From contig JBPOGH010000004.1 in the NCBI GenBank assembly GCA_051252135.1, positions 32,001 through 96,000 on the forward strand: a stretch of 64,000 nt of DNA. Direction: 5' to 3'. Position numbers and translations under genes: made by a program. The notes beneath the pieces were generated by a model. That model worked only from the letters and a program-made list of their open reading frames with translations, searched no databases and was not told where the DNA came from. Positions 39,547 through 49,506 of this stretch are shown piece by piece (the first letter of the stretch is position 1; each line of letters starts with the position of its first letter). The DNA comes from Verrucomicrobiaceae bacterium. GTDB lineage: Bacteria; Verrucomicrobiota; Verrucomicrobiia; Verrucomicrobiales; Akkermansiaceae.

Positions 39547-40964
39547 GAGAGGATTCCTTTGACGACCTTGGCGGGTTCGACGCCGGTGAGGCGCATGTCG
39601 AGGCCCTGGAATTTTTTTGAGAAGCGGTGGTGGTCGATGCCGAGGAGGTGGAGAAGGGTGGCGTGGAAGTCGCGGACGTGGACGATGTCTTTTTGGGCGT
39701 TGTAGCCGAGTTCATCGGTGGCTCCGTAGCTGAGGCCGGGCTTGACGCCGCCGCCGGCCATCCAGGTGGAGAAGCCTTTGATGTGGTGGTCGCGACCGGG
39801 GCCGCCTTTTCCCTGGAACATGGGGGTGCGTCCGAATTCGCCGCCCCAGACGACGAGGGTGTCGTTGAGGAGGCCGCGTTGTTTGAGGTCGGTGAGGAGG
39901 GCGTAGGTCGCTTGGTCGGTGTGGCGGCAGCAGACCTTCATGTATTTATCGAGGTCGCCGTGGTGATCCCAGCCGCGGTGGTAGAGCTGGACGAAGCGGG
40001 TTCCTTTTTCGATGAGGCGGCGGGCGAGGAGGCAGTTGGAGGCGTAGGAGCCATCGCCGGGGGTGGCGCCATACATTTCGAGGGTCTTCTTTGACTCGCC
40101 GGAGAGATCGGTGAGTTCGGGGACAGAGGCCTGCATGCGGAAGGCCATCTCGTAGGCGCTGATGCGGGTGGCGATCTCGGGGTTGTCGACGAGCTCGTTG
40201 CGTTGGGCGTCGAGTTTTTGAATGGTTTTGATGAGGGCGTTTTGGTGTTGGCGATCGACTCCGTTGGGATTGGAGACGTAGTGGACGGGGTCGCCGGTGG
40301 AGTTGAACTCGACGCCTTGAAAGCGGGAGGGGAGGAAGCCGGAGGCCCACTGGCGACTGGCAATGGGTTGGGGGTTGCGTCCGCCGACGGAGGAGAGGAC
40401 GACGAAGCCGGGGAGGTCTTCGGATTCGGAGCCGAGGCCGTAGTTGATCCAGGAACCCATGGAGGGGCGACCGCTGATGGCGGTGCCGGTGTTCATGAAG
40501 GTGTGGGCGGGGTCGTGGTTGATTTGTTCGGTGACCATGGAGCGGATGACGGTGAGGTCGTCCGCCATTTTCTGATGGTGCGGGAGGTAGTCGGAGATGA
40601 ACTGGCCGGACTTGCCGTATTGTTTGAACTTGGTGGTGTGGCCGAGGGCTTTGAGTTCCTTGCCCTGGAGTTGGGCGATGGGTTGGCCCCTGGTGAAGGA
40701 CTCGGGCATGGGTTTGCCGTCGAGTTTATCGAGCTGGGGTTTGTAGTCGAAGGTCTCGAGGTGGGAGGGGCCGCCGGCCATGCAGAGGAAGATGACGCGC
40801 TTGGCCTTGGGGGTGTGGTGGGGGAGACCGGGGAGACCTTTGTAGTCGGAGCCCTGGCTTTCGGCGCGCATGATTTGGGAGATGAGCGCGGCGGATCCGA
40901 AGGACATTCCGGTGTTACTTAAAAAGGTGCGACGCTTGATGAAGTTTTGATGGGGATCGATCAT
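39543..40964 (-). CDS. DUF1501-domain protein (Tat-like RR signal)
   Basis: KRRTFL, AKRVIFL.MAGGPSHLETFDYKP, CLLARRL.E.G.RFVQ, WDHH, WGGEFGRTP, GRDHH. Confidence 0.92.
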   Translation of the reverse strand: MIDPHQNFIKRRTFLSNTGMSFGSAALISQIMRAESQGSDYKGLPGLPHHTPKAKRVIFLCMAGGPSHLETFDYKPQLDKLDGKPMPESFTRGQPIAQLQGKELKALGHTTKFKQYGKSGQFISDYLPHHQKMADDLTVIRSMVTEQINHDPAHTFMNTGTAISGRPSMGSWINYGLGSESEDLPGFVVLSSVGGRNPQPIASRQWASGFLPSRFQGVEFNSTGDPVHYVSNPNGVDRQHQNALIKTIQKLDAQRNELVDNPEIATRISAYEMAFRMQASVPELTDLSGESKKTLEMYGATPGDGSYASNCLLARRLIEKGTRFVQLYHRGWDHHGDLDKYMKVCCRHTDQATYALLTDLKQRGLLNDTLVVWGGEFGRTPMFQGKGGPGRDHHIKGFSTWMAGGGVKPGLSYGATDELGYNAQKDIVHVRDFHATLLHLLGIDHHRFSKKFQGLDMRLTGVEPAKVVKGILS

Positions 40965-40973
40965 GGCAGGTGG

Positions 40974-41017
40974 AGATTGAACGGTGAGATTTGAACAGTG
41001 AGATATGAGCGTTGAAC
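40974..41017. repeat. Heptad/14-bp repeats flanking the four-helix-bundle pseudogene (left arm)
   Basis: AGATTGAACGGTG AGATTTGAACAGTG AGATATGAGCGTTGAAC. Confidence 0.75.
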
Positions 41018-41251
41018 TATTTTGTGCTGCGTGATTTTGCGGTGGAAATGGAAGCGTTTAGGATGCGCTCGAGTTGATCGGTTTCATCGATGAGAGGGAT
41101 GAGTTTTTCCGGAGAAGGGACGAGCGGGGTGCGGCGAGTTAGTTCGAGCCAGCGGCGGGTTTCGCGCATTTCTTTTAAGGCGAATGATCTGTGTGGCGTA
41201 TTCAATGAGTCGCTCGCTCAAGTCAGGTGCTGATGTGTTTTTTGAGTTCAT
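41017..41251 (-). pseudogene. Four-helix-bundle (23S rRNA IVP-like) protein, internally deleted and frameshifted
   Basis: ATG 41251 gives MNSKNTSAPDLSERLIEYATQIIRL. A different frame gives ALKEMRETRRWLEL...LIDETDQLERILNASISTAK. The central helices are missing. Confidence 0.8.
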
Positions 41252-41285
41252 CGTTCGTGTTCAAATCTGATTGTTCAGAGTTCAA
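41246..41285. repeat. Heptad repeats, inverted relative to 40974-41017 (right arm)
   Basis: GTTCATC GTTCGT GTTCAAA TCTGATT GTTCAGA GTTCAA. Reverse complement TGAACAATCAGATTTGAAC versus left arm TGAACGGTGAGATTTGAAC. Confidence 0.7.
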
Positions 41286-43762
41286 TTCCTCGTAGTGGTT
41301 TCCGAGAGGTTGAGGAGGGCGCGGGCGATGGTGGTCCAGGTGGCGAGTTCTACGTGATCGAGGTCGGCCTGTGGTTTTGTTTGGCCGATGGAGACGAGGG
41401 CGGTGGCGGAGTTGCGGTTCTTTTTAAAGTCGGCGTGGGCGAAGTTGTGGAGTTTGCCAAGGGTTTCGATTTCGGCATCGGTGGCTTCCCGGTTGAGGAC
41501 GATAAAGAAGGCGTAATCGAGGCGGGAGCGGGTTTGGTATTTGCTTTTGTTGATGACCAGTTGGGCGAGGTTGCGGGCGGCCTCGACGAAGGTGGGGTCG
41601 TTGAGGAGGTTCATGGCGGCAACGGGGGTGTTGGAACGGGGGCGCTCGGCGGTGCATTCCTCGCGGCTGGGGGCATCGAAGGCTTTGAGCATGGGGTGGA
41701 GGAATTGGCGCTGCCAGTGGATGTAGAGGCTGCGGCGGTAGATGCGGTTGTCGGTGTCTTGTTTGTATTTTCGGACGGGGAAGTTGAGGTGGCGGTAGTA
41801 GCCGGCGGGTTGGTAGGGTTTGACGGAGGGGCCTCCGATGTCGGTTTTTAAGAGGCCGGACACCGCGAGGGCGTTGTCGCGGATCATCTCGGCGGGGAGG
41901 CGGAAGCGGGACTGGCGGGCGACGAGTTGGTTGTAGGGGTCGCGCTCTCGGTGGAGGGAGTTGGTGATGGAGGACTGGCGGTAGGCGCGGGAGGTGACGA
42001 GTTGTTTGACGAGGTGCTTGATGTCCCAACCGGATTGGTAGAACTCGACGGCGAGGCGATCTAACAGTTCGGGGTTGGCGGGTGGTTGGCCTTGGCCTCC
42101 GAAGTCGCCGAGGGAGCGGGAGATGCCGGTGCCGAAGAAGAGGTAGAAGAGGCGGTTGGCGGTGACGCGGGCGGTGAGTCCGCCGGTGCCGTTTGTGGGG
42201 TCGGTGAGCCAGTTGGCGAGGTCAAGTCGGTTTTGGCGGCCGTCTTTTTTGATCTGGGGCATGAAGTGGGGGACGGCGGGTTGGACGACTTCGCCGGATT
42301 CATCGAGCCAGTTTCCGCGTGGGAAGATGCGGGATTCGCGGGGCGTTTTGAGGGCCATGGTGATCATGGTGCGGCGGGCGGAGGATTCGATTTTTTGGCG
42401 CGCGGCGTCGGTTTTTTTCCACTCGTCGAGTTGGTCGCCGGAGATGAGTTTGGCGAGGGCGGCGTTGGTACGCTGGAGGCCATCGGTCCACTTTTTCTTT
42501 TCCTTGGCGTCTTTGGCTTTTTTGGCGCGGGCGGAGCGGTCGGCGGATTCCTTGATGAGGCGGGCGATCTCGTTGCGTTGGCCTTTTGAGAGTTCGTTGA
42601 GTTGGGTGTTGAGGGTGTCGAGTTGTTGTTTTTGGGCGTCGGAGAAGACGGGAATTTCTGGCGGGCGGTTGGTGGGGAGGGAGTTGGTGCCGGAGGTGAA
42701 GTGCTTTTCGTCATCGATGTCGGCAAAGAAGGCTCCGAGGGTGTGGAAGTCCTTGGCGGTGTAGGGATCGTATTTGTGGTCGTGGCACTGGGCGCAGCCG
42801 ACGGTGGCACCCATCCAGACGGCGGAGACGTTGCGGACGCGGTCGGCCTGGTAGATGGCGCGGTATTCTTTTTTCTGAAGGCCGCCCTCGTGCGTGGTCT
42901 GGAGGAGGCGGTTGTATCCGGTGGCGATGCGCTGGGCTTCGTTGGGGTTTTCGAGGAGGTCGCCGGCGAGTTGTTCGCGGGTGAATTGGTCGAAGGGGAG
43001 GTTTTGATTAAAGGCGTCGATGACGTAGTCGCGGTAGGGGGAGATGTTGTGATCCTGGTCGCCGTGGTAGCCTACGGTGTCGGCATAGCGGACGAGATCG
43101 AGCCAGTAGATGGCCATGCGTTCGCCGAAGTGGGGGGAGGCGAGGAGTCGGTCGACCTCGGTCGTGATGGCGGCTTGCGGGTTGCTTCGGTAGGCGGAAT
43201 CAAAGCGGTGGGTGTCCTCGAAGCCCGGAGGGAGTCCGGTGAGGTCGAAGTGGAGGCGGCGGAGGAGGGTGACGGGGTCGGTGTCAGGCGAGGGTGGCAC
43301 TTTTTCGGCCTCGAGGCGGGCGAGGATGAAGGAGTCGATCCAGTTGACGGGCCAGTCCTTGGTTTGGACATCGGGGGTGGGGTGTTTGACGGGAGATTTG
43401 TAGGTCCAGGGTTCGTCGTACTTGGCGCCCTCGGTGATCCACTGGCGGAGGAGTGCGAGTTCCCCGGGGGTGACTTTTTTATGGGTTTCGGGTGGGGGCA
43501 TGACCTCGTCGGGGTCGGTGGTGAGGATGCGGGCGATGACCGCGGAGGCATCGGGCTTGCCGGGTTCGATGGGGATATCGAATTCGCCGCCTTCGGTTGC
43601 GCCCTCGAAGGAGTCGAGGCGGAGTTCGGCCTCACGGTGATCCTCATCGGGTCCGTGGCAGTGGAAGCACTTGTCCGAGAGGATGGGGCGGATGTCGCGG
43701 TTGAAGTCGACCTCTCCGGGCAGCGGAGTTGAGAGGAGAAGAATGAGGGCGAGTGACTTCAT
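41282..43762 (-). CDS. Planctomycete-type cytochrome c + DUF1549 + DUF1553 protein
   Basis: VDFNRDIRPILSDKCFHCHGPD, LRRLHFDLTGLPP, WLDLVRYAD, CAQCHDHKYDP, AEMIRDNAL.VSG, FDAPSRE.C..R..SNTP. Confidence 0.93.
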   Translation of the reverse strand: MKSLALILLLSTPLPGEVDFNRDIRPILSDKCFHCHGPDEDHREAELRLDSFEGATEGGEFDIPIEPGKPDASAVIARILTTDPDEVMPPPETHKKVTPGELALLRQWITEGAKYDEPWTYKSPVKHPTPDVQTKDWPVNWIDSFILARLEAEKVPPSPDTDPVTLLRRLHFDLTGLPPGFEDTHRFDSAYRSNPQAAITTEVDRLLASPHFGERMAIYWLDLVRYADTVGYHGDQDHNISPYRDYVIDAFNQNLPFDQFTREQLAGDLLENPNEAQRIATGYNRLLQTTHEGGLQKKEYRAIYQADRVRNVSAVWMGATVGCAQCHDHKYDPYTAKDFHTLGAFFADIDDEKHFTSGTNSLPTNRPPEIPVFSDAQKQQLDTLNTQLNELSKGQRNEIARLIKESADRSARAKKAKDAKEKKKWTDGLQRTNAALAKLISGDQLDEWKKTDAARQKIESSARRTMITMALKTPRESRIFPRGNWLDESGEVVQPAVPHFMPQIKKDGRQNRLDLANWLTDPTNGTGGLTARVTANRLFYLFFGTGISRSLGDFGGQGQPPANPELLDRLAVEFYQSGWDIKHLVKQLVTSRAYRQSSITNSLHRERDPYNQLVARQSRFRLPAEMIRDNALAVSGLLKTDIGGPSVKPYQPAGYYRHLNFPVRKYKQDTDNRIYRRSLYIHWQRQFLHPMLKAFDAPSREECTAERPRSNTPVAAMNLLNDPTFVEAARNLAQLVINKSKYQTRSRLDYAFFIVLNREATDAEIETLGKLHNFAHADFKKNRNSATALVSIGQTKPQADLDHVELATWTTIARALLNLSETTTRN

Positions 43763-43850
43763 TGGGAGAAGTGTGACAAATTTGGGAAGGGATGACAGGG
43801 GGAAAACTTGTCGGGGTGGAGGAGGCGCGGGATGTGGAGTATCAGGCATG

Positions 43851-43882
43851 AAAAAACGCGCGCCGTTTCCGGTGCGCGTTTT
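43851..43882 (-). terminator. Intrinsic terminator
   Basis: AAAAAACGCGCGCC...GGTGCGCGTTTT. Confidence 0.8.
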
Positions 43883-43906
43883 GGAAAGATGGGGAAGAAT
43901 GTTTCC

Positions 43907-46900
43907 TTATTTGGAGGCCTTCATGCGAAGGGAGCCGAGGACGGTGAGTCCGGCGATGACGATGAAGGCGAGGATGCCCCAGGTGGAGGCGCCGAGTCCG
44001 CTGGAGGGGATTTCGGCGAGGGTGGGAGCGGAGCCATCAGCGGCGACTTCAGCGACGGCGACCTTTGGTTGAATGAGGTCGGCGACGGTGAGGGCGGGTT
44101 TCCCGATTTCACCGCGATGGGGGGTGACCATCTCGGGGGTGACGGCGGAGGCTGAGTTCCCGAAGGAGTTCCGGATGTAGGTGAGGACGGAGGCGACGTT
44201 TTCATCCGACTGTCCGGCGCCCATGGCGACCATGGGGGCGGGGAAGGTGTAGTCCTGTCCATTGACGGTGATGGGTCCGGAGAGTCCGCGGAACTGGATG
44301 CGGACGAGGTTTTCCACGGGGCCGGTGACCCACTCGGAGTTGGCGAGGGGAGGTCCGAGGTTTGGTGCTCCTTCTCCGTTTTGACCGTGGCAGGCCATGC
44401 ACATCACGTATTGTGCTTTTCCGGCTTCCATGACGGCGGGGTCGATTGCGTTTTCTGTGCTCACGGTTTTCTCTGTAGGTTGTGGTGATGGTGCGGGCTT
44501 GGCGACCTCGAGGACGAGGGGCTTCGCTTCGTATGCAGGAGATGTTTCACCGGATTCTTTGGTGAGAGTCAAGAGCCACGCGATGACATCACGCACTTCT
44601 GCGGGTTGGAGAATGGCTCCCATGGGGGGCATGGAGGAGGGGAGGGTGGTGATTTTGGCGATGTCCTTGCGGGAAATTTTCCAGATGTCGTCGTTTTCCC
44701 TGAGGTCAATGGAGTCGTCCGATTCGCGGAGGATCATGCCGGTTTTTTCCTGATCGTTGTTGAGTTTGACGGAGGCGAGGCCGAATCCGGAGGCGATTTT
44801 GGCGCTGGGATCGATCATGGATTCGAGGAGTCCTTTGGCGTTGTGCCGGAGGGCGGCGCCCATGAGGTTGGGGCCGGCTTCTCCGCCCTCGGTGTGTCCG
44901 CCCTCGTGACGGTGGCAGCGCATGCATTGGGCGGCTCCGTGGGACTGGAAGATTTTGAAGCCGTTGTCGGCATTTCCACCGGCGAGGGTGGGGGCCCAGA
45001 CCTGGTAGATGTCGTTTTGGTCGATGCTTTCCCGGTAGGCGTCGAGCATTTGGACGATGGCGGGCTCGGTGCGTTTTTCGGCGGCGGTGAGGAGTTCGAG
45101 GGTGGATGCGGGGTCGCCTTTTCCGGAGGCGAGCTCGGTGAGGCCGTCACGGATGAGGGGGACGGCGAATTCTCCGGGGAGGTCACCGGCGATGGTCCAG
45201 GCGGTCTGGCGGCGGGTGGTGGATTTGGAGGTGAGGGCGCCCTTGAGGGCGGCGACGTTGGCGGCGGGGTCACGTTCAGCAGCGAGCTTGAGGGCGGCGG
45301 TGGCGAGGACGTCGTCCTTTGACTGGGCGACCTCGGTGAGGAGTTCGCCGGCGTTTTCGGGATCGCTGGCGAGGAAGAGCTTGAGTGCTTCGGCGCGGTT
45401 GTTTCCGTCGAGTTTTTCATCACGGATGATGAGGGTGAGGGAGCCTGAGTCGAGGGCGTCGAGGGCGAGGCCGTATTGGAGGGCGAGGCTCATGGCCTTG
45501 CTTTTGATGGCGGTCTCGGCGTTGAGGAGGGGGGTGATGTGCCTGGCAAGGGCGGCTTTGGTTTCCCCGAGGTCGCGCTTGGGGAGGGGCATGTGTTTGC
45601 CGGTCGATTGGTCGACGACGTGGGGGGTGGCCCAGATGGAGAGGAGGCGGAGGACTTCGAGGCGCTCGTTGATATCGAGCTTGTCGTTTTGGGCGACCTT
45701 GATGAGGCGCTCCATGTTTTTCTCCCCACCGAGGCGGAAGCCTGAGTGGATGAGGCGGCGGAGCATCATGCGGGTGAGGTCACGGCCGGTGCCGCCGGGG
45801 GCGTAGTCATCGAGAAGAGAGGTGAGGGCGGGGCGGACGTTTTCCATGTAGGTGTCATGGATGGCGCGGATGACCTCGTCGGCGACCCTGGGATCGGAGT
45901 CGGTGAGGAATTGGACGAGTTGGTCATCGCGGAGGCGGCGGAGGGCGACGACGGCGGCGAGGCGGACGGCGGGGCTGGCGTGGGTGCGGAGTTGGGCGAT
46001 GTCGCTGGGTGAGCAGCTGATGAGGCCCATGATGGCGGCGTGGCGCAGGTAGGGGTCCTCGTTGTTGTTCTTATCGAGGATGGCGATGAGGGGGGCGACG
46101 GCCTCGGGGTGTGGGCGGCGGGAGAGGGCGAGGGCGGCGAGGGCCTGGACGCGGGTTGAGGGATCGGTGAGAAGGGCGACGAGGGCGATGGGGTCGTCGA
46201 GGGGGGCTTCTCCGAGGGCTTGGGCGGCCTGTCCGCGGACGAGGTCCGATTTGTCGGTGAGGAGGCGGAGGAGGATGCTGGTGGCGACCTTGTTGTTGTC
46301 TTTACGGGCGACCATTCCGAGACCCCAGACGCCGTGGAGGCGTTCGAGGTCGTTCTGGGTTTGGTTGCTGGCGGCGGTGAAGAGGGGGACGGCGTTTGGT
46401 TTGCCGGCGAGGTGGTATTGGGCGCGGAGGCGGACGCGGAGGTCGGGGTGGCGGAGGAGGTCGGCGAGGGATTGCTCGTCGAGTTTATCGAAGCCTTCTT
46501 TAAAAAGCTTCACGACCCCGGCGACGGTGGGGTCTTCACTGACGCCGGGTTGGGTCATGGTGTAGATGCGGCCAGCGTCATGGGACTGCCATCCGGTGAT
46601 GAAGTCGGAGACGTAGAGTTTGCCATCGTATCCCCATTCGAGGTCGGTGACGGCGGTTCCCCAGCTGAATTTTCCGGAGGTGCCGAGCTTGAAGGAGGCT
46701 CCGTCCGGAGCGAGGGAGAAGTTCCAGATGCCGGAGGGAGCTGGTCCACCGCGGTAGTCGCAAATGAGGAATTGGCCTTCGCAGCCGAGCTGGTAACCGG
46801 TGCCGGGGTGGAAGGCGAGGCCGGAGGGTCCGGAGGTGAGGTTGGCGGCGGGGGGGAGGATGTAGGCGGGTTGGGTGTCGTTGTAGGGTTCCCACATTTT

Positions 46901-48361
46901 TTCCTGCATCCAGCGGTTGACGGGGCGCTCGGGGATGCCGGCGGTGGTGTGGAAGGAGTGGAGGACCTGGTGGCCCATGCGCCAGCCGGAGTCGGCGCCA
47001 TCGGTGATGATGACGACGCGGGCGCGGTCTCCCTGGTCGGAGTTGTTATCGACGGAGACGGCGGTGCCGTATTGGTCGAAGGCGATTTCCTTGGGGTTGC
47101 GGAGTCCGGTGTGGATGACTTCGAAATTGGAGCCATCGGGGTCGAAGCGGAAGATGGCGCCTTGTCCGGGGAAGCTGTAGGATTTTCCTTCTTTGGTGGT
47201 GAAGCTGAAGCCGCGGTCTCCGATGGTGGAGTAGATGCGTCCGTCGGGTCCGAGGGCGAAGCCGTTGAGGTCATGACCGGAGAAGGAGACGCGGACGCCC
47301 ATGCCATCCTGAATGACGGTGCGGGAGTCGGCTACGAGGTCGCCATTTTCGTCACGGAGGGACCAGATTTTAGGGATGCAGGCGAAGTAGATTTCGCCCT
47401 CGAAGGCCATGACGCCGGCGGCGGTGCCATCGAGGAGGTCGTTGAATCCTTCGGCGAAGATTTTGGTTTCGTCGGCGACGCCATCGCCATCGGTGTCGAT
47501 GAGGACGCGGATTTTTTCGGAGACGGAGGTGAGTTTTTCGAGGGGGAGTTTTTCCTGCCACTTCTTGTGCATGGCGACGCGGTCGTCGGTGGTCATGGCC
47601 GAGATGTCATCCATGAGCCAGTAGAGGTGGTTGCGGTTGTCCTCGACGCCGAAGCGGAAGCGGTGTGTTTCGGCGGCGTAGACGCGGCCTTGTTCATCGA
47701 TGGTGAGGGCGGTGGGTGAGTAGAGGCCGGTGTCTTTGTTTTCGGCGAAGATGGTGACCTCGGTTCCCTGGGGGACGGTGAGTCCGGGGATGACGTCGGT
47801 GGCGACGAGCTCGCCGGTGTAGGTTTTGCCTCCCTTGGTGGTGTCGGGGAATTTGGGGTTGGGGTAGTCGGTGAAGATGAAGTGGTCGGCGTTGATGATG
47901 CCCCAGGCTTCGCGGTGGTCGTCCTTGATGCGGATTTGGGCTTTTTTGCCTTTGTGGTCGGCGAGGTTCCAGACGACGGGTCGCATGACGAGGTCGTTTT
48001 GGCCGGAGTTTTGCATGGCGACCTTTCCATCGAGGAGAAGCTGGACGGTGGTTTTACCGGGATGCTGGCCTCCGGAGACGAGGAAGGCGAGGTAGGGCAG
48101 GTCGATGGTGAACCCGGGGGAGGTGAGGGTGCCGACGGAGGCGTCGCCCTGGTGTGCGGAGCTGACGTAGTAGTCGTTGGCGTAATTTTGGACCTTGCCA
48201 TTGAGGCCATCGGGGCTGGCGGCGGTGGGGGAGAGTCCGAAGGCGGAGCCCTCGACTTTCCATTCGCCGAAGCCATCGGACTCGAAGGCCTCGAAGAGGA
48301 CGTCCTTGGCGTGCAGGGAGGTGGCGAGGAGGAGGGGAAGAAGGAAGCGAGTGAAAGCCAT
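43907..48361 (-). CDS. PVC-type membrane-bound dehydrogenase-like protein (beta-propeller, HEAT repeats, two c-type hemes, C-terminal TM)
   Basis: Signal peptide, DTDGDGVAD, GPDGRIY...GD, GLRNP, HEAT repeats, CMRCH and CMACH, C-terminal hydrophobic anchor. Confidence 0.9.
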   Translation of the reverse strand: MAFTRFLLPLLLATSLHAKDVLFEAFESDGFGEWKVEGSAFGLSPTAASPDGLNGKVQNYANDYYVSSAHQGDASVGTLTSPGFTIDLPYLAFLVSGGQHPGKTTVQLLLDGKVAMQNSGQNDLVMRPVVWNLADHKGKKAQIRIKDDHREAWGIINADHFIFTDYPNPKFPDTTKGGKTYTGELVATDVIPGLTVPQGTEVTIFAENKDTGLYSPTALTIDEQGRVYAAETHRFRFGVEDNRNHLYWLMDDISAMTTDDRVAMHKKWQEKLPLEKLTSVSEKIRVLIDTDGDGVADETKIFAEGFNDLLDGTAAGVMAFEGEIYFACIPKIWSLRDENGDLVADSRTVIQDGMGVRVSFSGHDLNGFALGPDGRIYSTIGDRGFSFTTKEGKSYSFPGQGAIFRFDPDGSNFEVIHTGLRNPKEIAFDQYGTAVSVDNNSDQGDRARVVIITDGADSGWRMGHQVLHSFHTTAGIPERPVNRWMQEKMWEPYNDTQPAYILPPAANLTSGPSGLAFHPGTGYQLGCEGQFLICDYRGGPAPSGIWNFSLAPDGASFKLGTSGKFSWGTAVTDLEWGYDGKLYVSDFITGWQSHDAGRIYTMTQPGVSEDPTVAGVVKLFKEGFDKLDEQSLADLLRHPDLRVRLRAQYHLAGKPNAVPLFTAASNQTQNDLERLHGVWGLGMVARKDNNKVATSILLRLLTDKSDLVRGQAAQALGEAPLDDPIALVALLTDPSTRVQALAALALSRRPHPEAVAPLIAILDKNNNEDPYLRHAAIMGLISCSPSDIAQLRTHASPAVRLAAVVALRRLRDDQLVQFLTDSDPRVADEVIRAIHDTYMENVRPALTSLLDDYAPGGTGRDLTRMMLRRLIHSGFRLGGEKNMERLIKVAQNDKLDINERLEVLRLLSIWATPHVVDQSTGKHMPLPKRDLGETKAALARHITPLLNAETAIKSKAMSLALQYGLALDALDSGSLTLIIRDEKLDGNNRAEALKLFLASDPENAGELLTEVAQSKDDVLATAALKLAAERDPAANVAALKGALTSKSTTRRQTAWTIAGDLPGEFAVPLIRDGLTELASGKGDPASTLELLTAAEKRTEPAIVQMLDAYRESIDQNDIYQVWAPTLAGGNADNGFKIFQSHGAAQCMRCHRHEGGHTEGGEAGPNLMGAALRHNAKGLLESMIDPSAKIASGFGLASVKLNNDQEKTGMILRESDDSIDLRENDDIWKISRKDIAKITTLPSSMPPMGAILQPAEVRDVIAWLLTLTKESGETSPAYEAKPLVLEVAKPAPSPQPTEKTVSTENAIDPAVMEAGKAQYVMCMACHGQNGEGAPNLGPPLANSEWVTGPVENLVRIQFRGLSGPITVNGQDYTFPAPMVAMGAGQSDENVASVLTYIRNSFGNSASAVTPEMVTPHRGEIGKPALTVADLIQPKVAVAEVAADGSAPTLAEIPSSGLGASTWGILAFIVIAGLTVLGSLRMKASK

Positions 48362-48452
48362 GATGCAAATTAGAGTAATTCGTTATACGAGATGTTGAGG
48401 CTGAATTTACAATTTTTCAGTTCAAACATTTGAAATGAGCGGGAGAGACCGG

Positions 48453-49439
48453 CTACGGGGTGGTGAGCTGATGGAGGACCCGGAGAGTGAGCTTACCCGC
48501 GTTTGCGAGCCCCCGGGCAGAAAGTTGTTCGAGGGTGTCGTTTTTGGTGTGCCAGTATCTCAGGCCCTTGGCGTCCTTCATGTTATTGAAGTCACCGATG
48601 AGGTGGAGGGTGGCGAGGTTTCCCCGGGTGAGGAGGGGGATGTGGTCGTCGATGATGGATTTTGGGGCCATTTGGACGGTGCCATCGTTGAGTTTGAGTG
48701 CTTTGGTGGCGTCGACGGCGTGGGCCTGGAGGGATTTGGTGGAATCGATGCCGATGAGGAGGGGGACGCGGTGGTCACCGACGAGGTCGAGGACGATCCC
48801 GGCGAAGGGTTGGCGTTTCCGGGAGGTGAGGAGGGAGGCGTAGTATCGGGAGCCGTAGAGTCCGTCGCGCTTGGGGTCAATATTGGAGAGGAGGGCTTCT
48901 TCGCCGTCGAAGAAGACGAGTTCGACCTGGGCGGCGGCGGTGGGATTTTGGGAGAGGACGCGGGCCAGTTCGACGAGGACGCCGGTGGAGGAGCCGCTGT
49001 CGTTTGCGCCGAGGAAGGTGATGGAGAGGTAGCGTTTAGTATCGAGGTGGGAGCCGATGACGAAGGGGACGGAGTCGAGCCAATCGGGGGCGGCGTCGGG
49101 CGAGAAGCGGGCGAGGAGGTTGGTGAACTTGAGGGGGCCGATGGGGGTGACGCTGGTGAAATTTTGGCGGGTGGTTTTCCAGCCGAGGGCGCCGAGGGTT
49201 TTTTCGAGGTAGGCGAGGGATTTTTGGTATCCTTCCGACTCGGGCGGACGGGGGCCGTAGGAGGTGAGGGTTTCGATGTGGGCGAGCGCCTTGTCGCCGG
49301 AGAAGTCATCGACGAAGGTGGCGGGGATTTCTGCGGAGGGAGTGACGACCCGGGATTGGGAATCGGGGGCAGGGGTATCCTTTTCGCCGCAGGAGGCGAA
49401 GAGAAGGGAGGCGGTGAGGCAGAGGAGGGAGCGGATCAT
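48453..49439 (-). CDS. M28-family peptidase / glutaminyl cyclase-like lipoprotein
   Basis: Lipobox LFASC, GSHLDT, GANDSGS, FFDGEE, GLYGSR, DLVG, DDH.P, WHT..D. Confidence 0.88.
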   Translation of the reverse strand: MIRSLLCLTASLLFASCGEKDTPAPDSQSRVVTPSAEIPATFVDDFSGDKALAHIETLTSYGPRPPESEGYQKSLAYLEKTLGALGWKTTRQNFTSVTPIGPLKFTNLLARFSPDAAPDWLDSVPFVIGSHLDTKRYLSITFLGANDSGSSTGVLVELARVLSQNPTAAAQVELVFFDGEEALLSNIDPKRDGLYGSRYYASLLTSRKRQPFAGIVLDLVGDHRVPLLIGIDSTKSLQAHAVDATKALKLNDGTVQMAPKSIIDDHIPLLTRGNLATLHLIGDFNNMKDAKGLRYWHTKNDTLEQLSARGLANAGKLTLRVLHQLTTP

Positions 49440-49506
49440 GACACCACTAGGTCGTGTGGACAAATTGCTTCACGCTGCGACCAGAGGGGAAAAAACGATT
49501 CATAAA

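Noticed and set aside
41017..41205. Intact 62-aa protein from the ORF track
   Set aside because: It is only the C-terminal frame of a frameshifted gene whose start is at 41251.
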